From Alphaproteobacteria bacterium (GTDB lineage: Bacteria; Pseudomonadota; Alphaproteobacteria; Rhizobiales; Rhodomicrobiaceae), in the NCBI GenBank assembly GCA_037387425.1, contig JARRLC010000001.1, positions 8,753-72,752 of the forward strand: a stretch of DNA of 64,000 bases, in the 5' to 3' direction. Shown here one piece after another: positions 1 to 9,717 of the stretch. A model generated the notes under the pieces. It saw nothing but the letters and a program-made list of their open reading frames with translations. It was not told the DNA's origin and searched no databases. Each line of letters begins with the position of its first letter. The first letter of the stretch is position 1. The position numbers and the translations under genes are program-made.

Positions 1-1340
1 AGCCGAATGTCAGCATTGTCAGCGCGTAAATACAGTCGATACTCCGCTCGCGAAGTAAACATGCGATACGGTTCAGATACGCCACGTGTAACTAAATCGT
101 CGATCATCACGCCGATATAACTTTCCGTGCGCGATAAGGTGAAATTGGGCTCACCGCCAGAAGCTCGCAGTGCTGCGTTGACGCCCGCTAGTAAACCTTG
201 TCCCGCCGCTTCCTCGTATCCGGTAGTGCCGTTGATCTGCCCAGCGAGGAATAACCCGATTTGACGCTTCACTTCCAGCACAGGGGAAAGTTCACGCGGG
301 TCTACATAATCGTATTCGATGGCGTAGCCGTAGCGCAAAATACGGACATCTTCCAGGCCAGGAATGGATCTAAGAAATGCGCTCTGCACATCCTCCGGCA
401 ACGACGTGGAAATGCCATTCGGATAAACCGTGTAATCGTCCAGCCCTTCCGGCTCCAGAAAAATTTGATGGGACTCACGTTCGTGAAAGCGCACCACCTT
501 ATCTTCAATGGACGGGCAATATCGCGGGCCAACACCTTGAATCTGCCCCGAGAAAAGTGGAGCGCGTTCCAGGTTACTGCGAATGATATCGTGTGTCTGA
601 ACCGTGGTGTGCGTGATATGACAGACCGTCTGAGGCGTGTCTATCTGCTTAGAGAGGAAGGAGAAGGGGATAGGCGGCTCATCACCGGCCTGTTCGGTTA
701 GACGATCCGTGTTGATCGTGCGACCATCCAGGCGCGCGGGCGTGCCGGTCTTCAGTCTATCCATCGTCAATCCAAGCGCATACAGCCTATCAGCAAGTCC
801 GATGGAAGGCGCTTCACCGATACGGCCAGCCGGAATGCACATTTCCCCAATATGAATGACGCCTTTCAAAAATGTGCCCGTAGTGAGCACCACCGCGCCT
901 GACGGGAATTCTGTACCATCGTCCAGGATGATCCCCATCACACGGCCATCGCGAACGATAAGATCCTCCACAGACGCGACAATGATATCGAGCCCTTCAA
1001 TAGCAGCAAGCGCCTCGCTCATGTGAAGGCGATAGAGCTTGCGGTCTGCTTGCGCGCGAGGGCCTTGCACAGCCGGCCCCTTTGAGCGGTTCAGTATGCG
1101 GAACTGAATGCCCGCTCGGTCAATGACGCGGGCCATGAGGCCATCAAGCGCGTCTATTTCCCGTACGAGATGCCCCTTGCCTAAGCCTCCAATCGCCGGA
1201 TTGCACGACATTTCCCCCAGCGTCTCACGCTTGTGCGTGATAAGCGCCGTGTGCGCACCCATGCGGGCCGCCACCGCCGCCGCTTCACAACCGGCGTGTC
1301 CGCCGCCAACAACAATGACATCATAAGCTCTGGTGCGCAT
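1..1340 (-). CDS. mnmG: tRNA uridine 5-carboxymethylaminomethyl modification enzyme MnmG (GidA); N-terminal ~446 codons, 3' end lies beyond the window edge
   Basis: The minus-strand frame is open from position 1 to the ATG (cat at 1338-1340). My translation of 1261-1340 gives [27 protein letters not shown], the FAD-binding GGGHAG N-terminus typical of MnmG. It is missing from the ORF track only because it is open-ended. It neighbours mnmE as usual. Confidence 0.9.
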   Translation of the reverse strand, partial: MRTRAYDVIVVGGGHAGCEAAAVAARMGAHTALITHKRETLGEMSCNPAIGGLGKGHLVREIDALDGLMARVIDRAGIQFRILNRSKGPAVQGPRAQADRKLYRLHMSEALAAIEGLDIIVASVEDLIVRDGRVMGIILDDGTEFPSGAVVLTTGTFLKGVIHIGEMCIPAGRIGEAPSIGLADRLYALGLTMDRLKTGTPARLDGRTINTDRLTEQAGDEPPIPFSFLSKQIDTPQTVCHITHTTVQTHDIIRSNLERAPLFSGQIQGVGPRYCPSIEDKVVRFHERESHQIFLEPEGLDDYTVYPNGISTSLPEDVQSAFLRSIPGLEDVRILRYGYAIEYDYVDPRELSPVLEVKRQIGLFLAGQINGTTGYEEAAGQGLLAGVNAALRASGGEPNFTLSRTESYIGVMIDDLVTRGVSEPYRMFTSRAEYRLYLRADNADIR

Positions 1341-1423
1341 TTGCGAACTCAGCGTTAAAATTTGATCTCAGGAAAACTGCGCGCACATTAACGGGGAAAG
1401 CTACGCCCGTCAAAATGCGGCTC

Positions 1424-1448
1424 AAAAAAAGCGGCCCGAAAGCCGCTT
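1424..1448 (-). terminator. Rho-independent terminator after the 1478..2023 ORF
   Basis: The minus strand reads AAGCGGC-TTTCGG-GCCGCTT followed by a T-run, about 30 nt downstream of the stop codon. Confidence 0.7.
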
Positions 1449-1477
1449 CAGTTGATCAGTTCTGTGAATGGCTGGAA

Positions 1478-2023
1478 TTATAAGCCGTGTTTACGGCATT
1501 GACTCCGCCAGCCCCAGCAACGCGGCGCGCATGATCCCTGCCCTTCGCAAGTTCCCATGCACATGTAGCAAAACTCCTGGGTAAACCTATTAGATCGCCA
1601 GAGCGGCTTGCCGTCCGATGTCCAGCCCGGATCCCATTTTGAATGAGGTACCTTGTGATGAAAAGGCTTGGGAGGACGCGGCTTGTATGGGGGTGGGGGA
1701 GGCGGTGCTGGCTGTGCTGGTGGTGGAGGCGGCGGGGCCACATACACCTCCCGGTCATTGTCTACCTCCCGGTCATTGTCCGAGCAATCGTCACAGGCGT
1801 TTTCGTCTTCGTAATTGTCGCGGTAATCATCGCGTTCATCGTCTGAATAATATCTCCTGCCGCTATAATAGCCGTCTGCATTGTGCAGAAGGTGGTCGCC
1901 GTTTGCGGAAAGCCCGATTTGGGGCGTTTGGGCGATAGGGGCAGCCAGGGTCGCACTTGGCGATATGGCATACGCTGTCACTCCAAGCAAACCAGCGCAA
2001 AACACATGAAGTACCTGTCTCAT
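1478..2023 (-). CDS. Hypothetical secreted protein: signal peptide, acidic region, poly-proline runs, Cys-rich C-terminus
   Basis: The ORF-track protein starts MRQVLHVFCAGLLGVTAYAISPSATLAAP (signal-peptide-like). It contains PPPPPPAQPAPPPPPP and the C-terminal segment CYMCMGTCEGQGSCAPRCWGWRSQC. It is on the same strand as the flanking mnmE/mnmG and has its own terminator. I do not recognise the family. Confidence 0.5.
   Translation of the reverse strand: MRQVLHVFCAGLLGVTAYAISPSATLAAPIAQTPQIGLSANGDHLLHNADGYYSGRRYYSDDERDDYRDNYEDENACDDCSDNDREVDNDREVYVAPPPPPPAQPAPPPPPPYKPRPPKPFHHKVPHSKWDPGWTSDGKPLWRSNRFTQEFCYMCMGTCEGQGSCAPRCWGWRSQCRKHGL
1747..1782. repeat. 18-bp tandem duplication (2 units, 16/18 identical) inside the Pro-rich ORF
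   Basis: cctcccggtcattgtcta / cctcccggtcattgtccg. On the minus strand it encodes DNDREV-DNDREV. Confidence 0.9.
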
Positions 2024-2123
2024 GGGAGTTCCCTTTAGAAACCGTTGTGAACCGAAGTTTTATCGGCTTTGTGGCGTGAACAATATCTGAAACTTTGTTT
2101 CCTGTGAAACAGTATGCGGAATG

Positions 2124-3545
2124 TTACTTACCAATACAAAAATCGCCGAAAATTTTATCTAGCACATCCTCAACATCAACACGCCCCGTAATGCGTCCCA
2201 AGGCAGTTGCGGCTTGACGCAAATCCTCCGCGCGAAGCTCCAATTCAACGGAAGTGCCCAAGAGGAAATGCTCCAGCGCTGTGACGCAAGTTTGCAGTTC
2301 CTGTCGATGCCTGGCTCGGGTGATGACCGCACTTTCCCCGCTTCCCACCATGAAAGCAGCCTCGTTGGAGAGACACAACAAAAGGGTGTCCATGCCATCG
2401 CCGGTATGCACTGAAAGCGGAAGAAGAGTGGAACTAGTGACTGAAAACTTAGGAGAAGCAGCAATAGTGCCCTCCCCCGAAACAGCGGCATTATGAGAAA
2501 CGCTGAAATTGGAACGCTCAGCATTTGAAATAAGATCTAGCTTACTCGCCACCCGAATAATTCGGGATACGCCTTGCATCTCACAAGGCAGATCATCCGT
2601 GCCGTCGCAAAGAAAGCCGTTTTGAAAATGTTGCGCCTCATTCAGCCAGAGCACCAGATCAGCATCCTCAGCACATTGTAGCGCCCGGCGGATGCCTTCG
2701 CCTTCAATTTCTCCAGCCTCTTCGCGGAGCCCAGCCGTATCCATAAGAATAACAGGCACCCCCCCTAAATCGAGACGCACTTCGATAACATCTCGGGTTG
2801 TGCCTGCCTGTGCGGAAACGATGGCGACGTCACGCTGAGCCAACGCATTCATAAGACTGGATTTTCCAGCGTTGGGAGGCCCAGCGATTACAACGCGAAC
2901 GCCATCCCGGATGATTTCACCACGTCGCCCATCAGCCAAATGAGCAGATATTTGAGAATGAAGCGCCTTAGCAATAGGACGCGCGGCTGTATCTACCGTA
3001 TCCGGCACATCGTCTTCGTCGGAAAAGTCTAACGCCGCTTCCACATGAGCCAACGCGCTGATGAGTTCGCCGCGCCAGTCCTCGTAAAGCGTTTGCAGCG
3101 CCCCTGAAGACTGGTGAATCGCCTGCCGCCGCTGAACCGCGGTTTCCGCATCGATCAGGTCAGCCACCCCTTCAGCAGAAGTGAGGTCGAGTTTACCATT
3201 CTCAAATGCGCGTCGGGTGAATTCGCCTGGCTGTGCAAGGCATAGCCCGTCCAACCCTCCCAGTGCCGCTAACACACATTCAACAACCGCCCGTCCGCCA
3301 TGCACTTGCAATTCCGCCATATCTTCGCCAGTAAAACTGTGCGGCGCGGGGAACCACAGAACAAGCCCGCGATCAAGGACTTCGCCGTTAAACGGATGAC
3401 GCAACGTCTTCAAAGACGCTACGCGCGGAGGCGGCAATTTTCCCACTAGTTGACGCAATGCATTAGCCGTTTGCGGCCCCGAGATGCGGATAACAGCCAC
3501 CCCCGCTTTTCCTAAACCACTTGATAGGGCGTAAATCGTCGTCAT
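2124..3545 (-). CDS. mnmE: tRNA modification GTPase MnmE (TrmE)
   Basis: N-terminus MTTIYALSSG, G1 motif GPPNAGKSS, G3 motif DTAGLR, and the C-terminal FCIGK motif characteristic of MnmE. Confidence 0.95.
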   Translation of the reverse strand: MTTIYALSSGLGKAGVAVIRISGPQTANALRQLVGKLPPPRVASLKTLRHPFNGEVLDRGLVLWFPAPHSFTGEDMAELQVHGGRAVVECVLAALGGLDGLCLAQPGEFTRRAFENGKLDLTSAEGVADLIDAETAVQRRQAIHQSSGALQTLYEDWRGELISALAHVEAALDFSDEDDVPDTVDTAARPIAKALHSQISAHLADGRRGEIIRDGVRVVIAGPPNAGKSSLMNALAQRDVAIVSAQAGTTRDVIEVRLDLGGVPVILMDTAGLREEAGEIEGEGIRRALQCAEDADLVLWLNEAQHFQNGFLCDGTDDLPCEMQGVSRIIRVASKLDLISNAERSNFSVSHNAAVSGEGTIAASPKFSVTSSTLLPLSVHTGDGMDTLLLCLSNEAAFMVGSGESAVITRARHRQELQTCVTALEHFLLGTSVELELRAEDLRQAATALGRITGRVDVEDVLDKIFGDFCIGK

Positions 3546-4011
3546 ATCGATGCTTCAGCTATGTTTATGAGAGGAAAGTATTGGCTGCTTATGCCGTTTT
3601 CAAAATGTCTGCGTTAAGCCAAGAAGTCCATTCCCGCTTGGCTAGCACGATCTCATAGAACTTCTTAGCGGTTTAGCGACAGCCGAACCATTGAATTTAG
3701 TACAGCTAATCCGCTCCCCAAGTTCACATGCGCTCTGGCGATAAAGCGGCTACGAACTTGCCCATCAAACAGCACGACAAGACGCATGCTTCAGGCATCA
3801 TTCCACGCCATTTTAGACGCACGAAAACGATGCTCTGGTAACCGAATAGCGATAGACATCCTACTATCAAGCCCTTGTGGGCAAAAAGGCTCATATGTCC
3901 GCCGCGCTTATAAATGAAAGTGCAGAGTTTCTGACCAAGCACAATGTGCATCCGAACGTGCGACACCATCATAGCGATTGGCGCCACACGTCCTATTGCA
4001 CAAAATTCTGT

Positions 4012-5235
4012 TTATTTAACAAGGGTATTTCGTTTTCTTGCTGCCAACAGCCGCAAGCGCAAAGCATTCAACTTGATGAACCCTTCAGCATCACGCTGAT
4101 CGTACGCCACCGCTCCTTCTTCGAAAGTTACGAGGTCCTGTGAATATAGTGTGTGCGGTGTTTCACGGGAAACGACGTTCACTGACCCCTTGTACAATTT
4201 CAGGCGCACCTTTCCGCTCACAAACTCCTGCGACTTGTCAATCAGCGCCTGAAGCATTTCGCGCTCAGGAGAGAACCAGAAGCCGTTGTAAATCAGCTCA
4301 GCATAGCGCGGCATGATTTCGTCTTTCAGATGCGCCGCCCCCCGATCAAGCGTTAGGCTTTCTATCCCCCGATGCGCCACCAGAAGGATGGTGCCGCCAG
4401 GTGTCTCATATACGCCGCGCGATTTCATACCGACATAACGGTTTTCCACCAGATCAAGCCGCCCGATACCGTGTGTCCGCCCCAATTCATTCAGCTTCGT
4501 CAGCAATGAGGCAGGCGACAATTTCACGCCATCCACCGCCATGGCGTCCCCGCGCTCAAACTCGATTTCAACGATTGCAGGCGTATCCGGAGCATCTTCC
4601 GGCTTCACTGTCCGCTGAAACACATAGTCGGGGCACTCCTGCGCAGGATCTTCCAAGAGTTTGCCCTCAGAAGAGGTATGCAGCAAATTGGCGTCCACTG
4701 AAAACGGCGCCTCGCCTCGCTTGTCTTTAGGAACGGGGATCTGGTTCTTCTCGGCAAAATCGAGCAGCGCATTGCGACTTTTAAACTCCCACTCACGCCA
4801 AGGCGCAACCACACGAATGTTCGGCTCCAGCGCATAATAGGAGAGCTCAAACCGCACCTGATCGTTGCCCTTGCCCGTTGCACCATGACACACCGCGTCA
4901 GCGCCCGTTTCCCGTGCGATTTCAATCTGACGCTTGGAGATAAGCGGCCGCGCAATGGATGTGCCGAGCAAATAAATGCCTTCATAAACCGCATTGGCGC
5001 GGAACATCGGGAAGACATAGTCGCGGACAAATTCTTCCCGCAGATCTTCAACGTAAATTTCCTTGATGCCCAGCATTTCGGCTTTTCGGCGCGCCGGCTC
5101 CAGCTCTTCTCCCTGGCCGAGATCGGCCGTAAACGTCACGACCTCACAGCCATGCGTCACCTGAAGCCACTTGAGAATGATTGAGGTATCAAGCCCGCCG
5201 GAATAGGCGAGTACGACCTTCTTTATGTCGGACAT
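4012..5235 (-). CDS. argG: Argininosuccinate synthase
   Basis: Motifs [11 protein letters not shown] and [15 protein letters not shown] place the start at MSDIKK (cat at 5233-5235). The track ORF extends to 5463, but that 76-codon leader looks non-coding. Confidence 0.93.
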   Translation of the reverse strand: MSDIKKVVLAYSGGLDTSIILKWLQVTHGCEVVTFTADLGQGEELEPARRKAEMLGIKEIYVEDLREEFVRDYVFPMFRANAVYEGIYLLGTSIARPLISKRQIEIARETGADAVCHGATGKGNDQVRFELSYYALEPNIRVVAPWREWEFKSRNALLDFAEKNQIPVPKDKRGEAPFSVDANLLHTSSEGKLLEDPAQECPDYVFQRTVKPEDAPDTPAIVEIEFERGDAMAVDGVKLSPASLLTKLNELGRTHGIGRLDLVENRYVGMKSRGVYETPGGTILLVAHRGIESLTLDRGAAHLKDEIMPRYAELIYNGFWFSPEREMLQALIDKSQEFVSGKVRLKLYKGSVNVVSRETPHTLYSQDLVTFEEGAVAYDQRDAEGFIKLNALRLRLLAARKRNTLVK

Positions 5236-5540
5236 AATTTGCGCTTTCCATTTGTTATAAGACCGCACGCCGAACGCATCCAACAGGCTGTGCGGTTGCG
5301 ACCATGGGAGATTACCACATGTAGATAACGCCTTCGGAAAGAGCGGTCTAGTATTCCAATGAGCTGGATCACCTTGCGTAGTCGCGATTTTCCCTACAGC
5401 CGCACACGTTTGGTCTTTAAACGAAGAATGGCGGGTAAACCCTATAAGCAATATCCGGGGCATGTCGCCTTAGTCTGGGTGTGGTATCCATCACATAAGA
5501 ATGTGAGAGATGGTGCAGCACACCATCAGGAGACGACATC

Positions 5541-5918
5541 ATGCAGCGGACCAGCTTTAAGTTTTTCGTAGGTGTGGCGCTGAATATCGCAGTTATCTTG
5601 ATGGGCGGCGACCTGAAAGCCGCTGAAAGCAACTGCAAGGGATTGCAGCAAGAGGCTTGCGGAACGAACGGGACATGTTCGTGGGTGCGAGGGTACAAAA
5701 CGAAAAACGGAACGCAGGTTTCAGCGTTCTGTCGCAGGAAACCCGGCAAAAGATCGTCCGCCAAGTCTGCCGCATTATCATCAAAGAAAGCGAAATCCGC
5801 TGCCTCTAGCCGGGTCTCAACGCCCAATGTTTCTCAGCAGACAAAGGGCGGGACAACGGCATCCCTGCCCGTTTCATCATCAACAAAAACTGCTGCGCCG
5901 AATGCTTCAAAACAGTGA
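5541..5918 (+). CDS. Small secreted protein: signal peptide, 4-Cys module, Lys/Ser-rich tail
   Basis: MQRTSFKFFVGVALNIAVILMGGDLKAAES is followed by CKGLQQEACGTNGTCSWVRGYKTKNGTQVSAFCR and then a basic S/K/A-rich low-complexity tail. No family assignment is possible from memory. Confidence 0.5.
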   Translation: MQRTSFKFFVGVALNIAVILMGGDLKAAESNCKGLQQEACGTNGTCSWVRGYKTKNGTQVSAFCRRKPGKRSSAKSAALSSKKAKSAASSRVSTPNVSQQTKGGTTASLPVSSSTKTAAPNASKQ

Positions 5919-5995
5919 GAGCGCATAACAAACGCATTTAAGCCTACATCTGATTTCCGAATTGCTGGCCAAACTCACCACATGAAACACAGGCC

Positions 5996-6769
5996 CTAAG
6001 CCATCCGCACTGGAACGCCCGCAGCCGCCATATGTTCTTTGGCCTCAGAGATGGTGTGATCCCCGAAATGGAAGATAGATGCCGCCAATACTGCGCTTGC
6101 GTGACCATCGCGCACGCCTTCCACCAGATGCTCCAGCGTACCGACACCGCCTGAGGCAATCACTGGCACCGGCACCGCATCAGCAATAGCGCGCGTAAGC
6201 GGAATATTGAAACCTGCCCGCGTGCCGTCGCGATCCATTGAGGTCAGCAGTATTTCTCCCGCCCCCAACGCCACCACTTCACGGGCGTATTCCACCGCGT
6301 CAATGCCCGTTGGCTTGCGCCCGCCATGCGTGAAAATCTCCCACCGGTTCGGCTCGCCATCGGCTGAAACGCGCTTAGCGTCAATCGCCACGACAATGCA
6401 TTGCGCACCGAACTTCTCCGCACCATCTCGCACCAATTGCCGGTTAAACACAGCGGCGGTGTTGATCGCCACCTTATCAGCCCCCGCTTCCAACAGACGG
6501 CGGATGTCTTCCACCTCACGCACGCCGCCCCCCACCGTTAGCGGCATGAAACAGCGCTCGGCGGTTCTGGCCACCACATCAAAAATGGTTTCGCGGTTTT
6601 CGTGACTAGCGGTGATATCCAGGAAGCAAAGCTCATCAGCGCCCGCTTCGTCATAGGCGCTTGCGGCTTCCACGGGATCCCCCGCATCAATAAGGTTCAC
6701 GAAATTGACGCCCTTGACGACGCGGCCGTCCTTGACATCCAGACAGGGGATAATGCGGGTTTTAAGCAT
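5996..6769 (-). CDS. hisF: Imidazole glycerol phosphate synthase cyclase subunit HisF
   Basis: [23 protein letters not shown]... over a full-length 257 aa (beta/alpha)8 HisF signature. Confidence 0.95.
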   Translation of the reverse strand: MLKTRIIPCLDVKDGRVVKGVNFVNLIDAGDPVEAASAYDEAGADELCFLDITASHENRETIFDVVARTAERCFMPLTVGGGVREVEDIRRLLEAGADKVAINTAAVFNRQLVRDGAEKFGAQCIVVAIDAKRVSADGEPNRWEIFTHGGRKPTGIDAVEYAREVVALGAGEILLTSMDRDGTRAGFNIPLTRAIADAVPVPVIASGGVGTLEHLVEGVRDGHASAVLAASIFHFGDHTISEAKEHMAAAGVPVRMA

Positions 6770-7090
6770 GCTGGCATACCGGATAAGTTAATGAAACGTA
6801 GCCGCCATCCACATTGAGGCAGCGTCCATCTTTTGTGGCACATCAGCGTATTTACGCAATCGAAATCCCGCGTGAGATATAATCTCAGAGATCGTTTTAG
6901 CTTCTGCGGCAAGAGCCACCTCGCGGTTATGCTCAAGACGCCCCTAATCCGATATGTGGCCATACATTAACAATGCGTTGCTACCGCCTCATCATTGCAC
7001 ACTCGCCAGCGAACCTAATCGCAATAGGTTTCTGCCAGAATACTCTCACCCCCTCTTAGCCAGAGCACACAAACTGGTGGATCTTTGCAC

Positions 7091-9283
7091 ATGCTCAATA
7101 TTCGAAACCGCAAGATAGCTTTGCCGACCATCTCAGATATTCGCTCTATGATAGCGAATTTCAAATGGCGCTTAGGTATTGGCGAAAAGCTGCTCTCTGC
7201 GTTTATTGTGGTGGCAGGTTTGATTGTGGCGGCTGGCGGCATAGCCTTCATTTCGTACAACACCATTAGCGTCGATCTTCGCCAAATCGAGGCGAACAGC
7301 CTTCCCAAAATCAACGACGCCTTAACGATGGCGCGGCACGCTTCCGATATGGCTACGATTTCCGCAATGTTTGGGGGGATTAATACCCGTGAGGATTTGA
7401 AGAAAATCAACGATCAGATGCCCGCGAAAAAACAGGCTTTGCTTGGCAGCATCAAGGATCTCAAGAAAGCGGGCGTGGATAAGAAAACGATCGAAGCGCT
7501 TCAAGAGGCCGCTGACGATCTTATCGCCAGTGGCGACGCTTTGGCGGATACCGTTGATTTGCAGCTCGATCATACAGACGAGCGCATCAAATTTGTTAAT
7601 AACGCCATTGCCGCGCACCAACAACTTCACGGGAAACTCACCCCACTTATCGACAAGATAAGTTCTCGTGTTGTGTCAGGCTTTCGGGCTTTGAACGCAG
7701 GCCAACATACAGCACCAGGTTTGGGGCTGGTCAGCACACCGTTGGATGTAGAGCTTACCTATCTTCAGACGCTCAAATCTATTCGCGCCGAAAGCAACCT
7801 ATTGCTTGGGGTGTTGAACGAAAGCGCCATGGTTGCAAGCGATGACGCATTTCCTCCGTTTTACAAGCGAATTGGCGAGATTGCCAAACGGCTTAAGGAA
7901 ATTGCGGGGCGTCTTCCTAAAAACGACAAAACCGCTGAGATTACCAAGTTGCTAAACGCATTCCTCGTTTTCGCAGACGAGAATAGCGGTGTCACCGATG
8001 CCCGCCAGCGCGAACTGAGCATCATGGCCGACAACTGGGCGCTCATTGACATCAACACCGTGAAAGCTTCCGAGCTGGCCAGTCAGGTGGCTGAAACAGC
8101 GAAGCTCGCACGGCAAGACGCGATTAATGCTGTTGCCGGATCTTCCGCCAATATCTCTCAGGGCAAGGTCTTGCTCACCGGCCTGGTGTTCACGGGCATA
8201 TTGTGCGTGATCATGGCGTGGATCTTTATCCGCTCAAATATCATTGCGCGTCTACAGCATCTCAATAGCGCAGTGCTGGCGCTTGCCGATGGCGATTTAA
8301 CGGTCGCTGTTCCTCATAATGGCCACGACGAGCTAGCCAAGATGGGCGACGCGGTGGAGACCTTCAAGCAGAATGCGCTTAAGGTCCGCGAGTTGGAAGC
8401 AGAACAGGCGAAGGATATCGCCGCCCGAGAAAACCGTCAGCGGCGCATTGAAGAATATATCGCAACATTCGAGCAATCCGGCCTAGAGCTTTCAAGCGCT
8501 CTCATCGCCGCCTCCTTGCAAATCGAGACAACTGCAAAAGATATGTCAACGACGGCGAATGACACCAGCCGCAGCGCCAGCTCGGTAAATGCCGCCGCAG
8601 GAGACGCAACAGCCGCCGTGAATAGCGTCGCAAGCGCCGTGGAAGAACTGTCAGCATCCATCCGCGAGATTGCGCAGAGCATTTCGCAATCCTCAGGTGT
8701 AGCAGAGCGCGCAGTTCATGAAGCCAAGCAGGCTGACACCATCATGCAAGGGTTGAGCAAGGCAGCCGGTGAGATCGACGCTGTGATCCAGCTTATCGAT
8801 GAAGTCGCGGCGCAAACCAATATGCTTGCGCTTAACGCCACCATTGAAGCAGCCAGGGCGGGCGAAGCCGGACGCGGCTTTGCTGTCGTTGCGTCGGAAG
8901 TGAAGTCGCTGGCATCTGAAACCGGCAAGGCGACCCAGAATATCCGGGATAAGATTTCCAGCATTCAAACGGCGGTGGGTGGAGCGGTTACGGCCATCAA
9001 ACGCGTCGATGAGATCATCGGCCAGATGAACCAGATCAGCACGACAATCGCCGACGCAATCAGCCAGCAGGAAAGCGCCACGAACGAAATTGCCTCCAGT
9101 ACGCAGACGGCAGCCGGAAGCGCCGCACAGGTGAGCGAAAGCATCCGGGTCGTGGACAAAGCCGCCGCCACTACCGACACCGCAGCCGATGGCGTGGTGA
9201 ACGCGGCTGCTCAACTCGGCACGGATGTGCGTGCGCTTAGCTCCAATATCGATGAGTTCCTGTCGAAGATCCGCGCCGCATAG
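7091..9283 (+). CDS. Methyl-accepting chemotaxis protein (large periplasmic sensor, HAMP, MA domain)
   Basis: Signalling hairpin [33 protein letters not shown], two TM segments and a HAMP region (LADGDLTV). The track starts at TTG 7085; the ATG at 7091 is the more likely start. Confidence 0.9.
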   Translation: MLNIRNRKIALPTISDIRSMIANFKWRLGIGEKLLSAFIVVAGLIVAAGGIAFISYNTISVDLRQIEANSLPKINDALTMARHASDMATISAMFGGINTREDLKKINDQMPAKKQALLGSIKDLKKAGVDKKTIEALQEAADDLIASGDALADTVDLQLDHTDERIKFVNNAIAAHQQLHGKLTPLIDKISSRVVSGFRALNAGQHTAPGLGLVSTPLDVELTYLQTLKSIRAESNLLLGVLNESAMVASDDAFPPFYKRIGEIAKRLKEIAGRLPKNDKTAEITKLLNAFLVFADENSGVTDARQRELSIMADNWALIDINTVKASELASQVAETAKLARQDAINAVAGSSANISQGKVLLTGLVFTGILCVIMAWIFIRSNIIARLQHLNSAVLALADGDLTVAVPHNGHDELAKMGDAVETFKQNALKVRELEAEQAKDIAARENRQRRIEEYIATFEQSGLELSSALIAASLQIETTAKDMSTTANDTSRSASSVNAAAGDATAAVNSVASAVEELSASIREIAQSISQSSGVAERAVHEAKQADTIMQGLSKAAGEIDAVIQLIDEVAAQTNMLALNATIEAARAGEAGRGFAVVASEVKSLASETGKATQNIRDKISSIQTAVGGAVTAIKRVDEIIGQMNQISTTIADAISQQESATNEIASSTQTAAGSAAQVSESIRVVDKAAATTDTAADGVVNAAAQLGTDVRALSSNIDEFLSKIRAA

Positions 9284-9474
9284 TATCTGGGGGGCGCATT
9301 GTTTCCCGTGGCGCGATTTTCAAAGGATATAGCCAAATTCTATTGCCGGTTTAAATGAATACTCACCATACCGCTTTATATATCAAAGCACTGTAGGAAT
9401 ATGTTGCGGATTGCGTTCGTGTTTGTCGTGTGGGCGATACCGGGCATCCGGCCTGTCATTCGGGGAGTAGCGTA

Positions 9475-9663
9475 ATGACAATGATGAACGGTTTAGATGT
9501 GTGCGATGTGGAGTTGATGGACGAAGAGTTTTTCGGTCCACCGCCACGTTTCTTACGTGAACGCTCACAAGCTCCGGAAGCCTGTCTTTCGCGTGAAGCG
9601 CATAATTGGTTTTCGGGGATGATGGCGTTTTTTGCCAGCATCACGAAGCTCATTCGCACATGA
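9475..9663 (+). CDS. Possible small protein (62 aa) between the two MCP genes
   Basis: The ATG at 9475 is preceded by GGGGAG at a reasonable spacing. The protein is MTMMNGLDVCDVELMDEEFFGPPPRFLRE.... No recognisable family, so coding status is uncertain. Confidence 0.25.
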   Translation: MTMMNGLDVCDVELMDEEFFGPPPRFLRERSQAPEACLSREAHNWFSGMMAFFASITKLIRT

Positions 9664-9717
9664 GGCCCGCTGTTGGCGTTTACATACGCCAGCGGAAATG
9701 ACGCGGCGGAGATTTTG

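Noticed and set aside
5236-5463. N-terminal extensions of track ORFs. Examples: argG to 5463, fadD from 18296, metG from 40922, sufS from 37428, DUF779 from 22768, prx to 63909, the hydrolase to 32289, and the DUF299 gene to 50533.
   Set aside because: Conserved N-termini begin at internal Met codons that have better Shine-Dalgarno context. The extensions overlap upstream genes or have no family-typical sequence.
6967-6981. TTAA-N7-TTGC upstream of the first MCP gene, considered as a CtrA box.
   Set aside because: Only one half-site is intact, which is too weak to call without comparative support.
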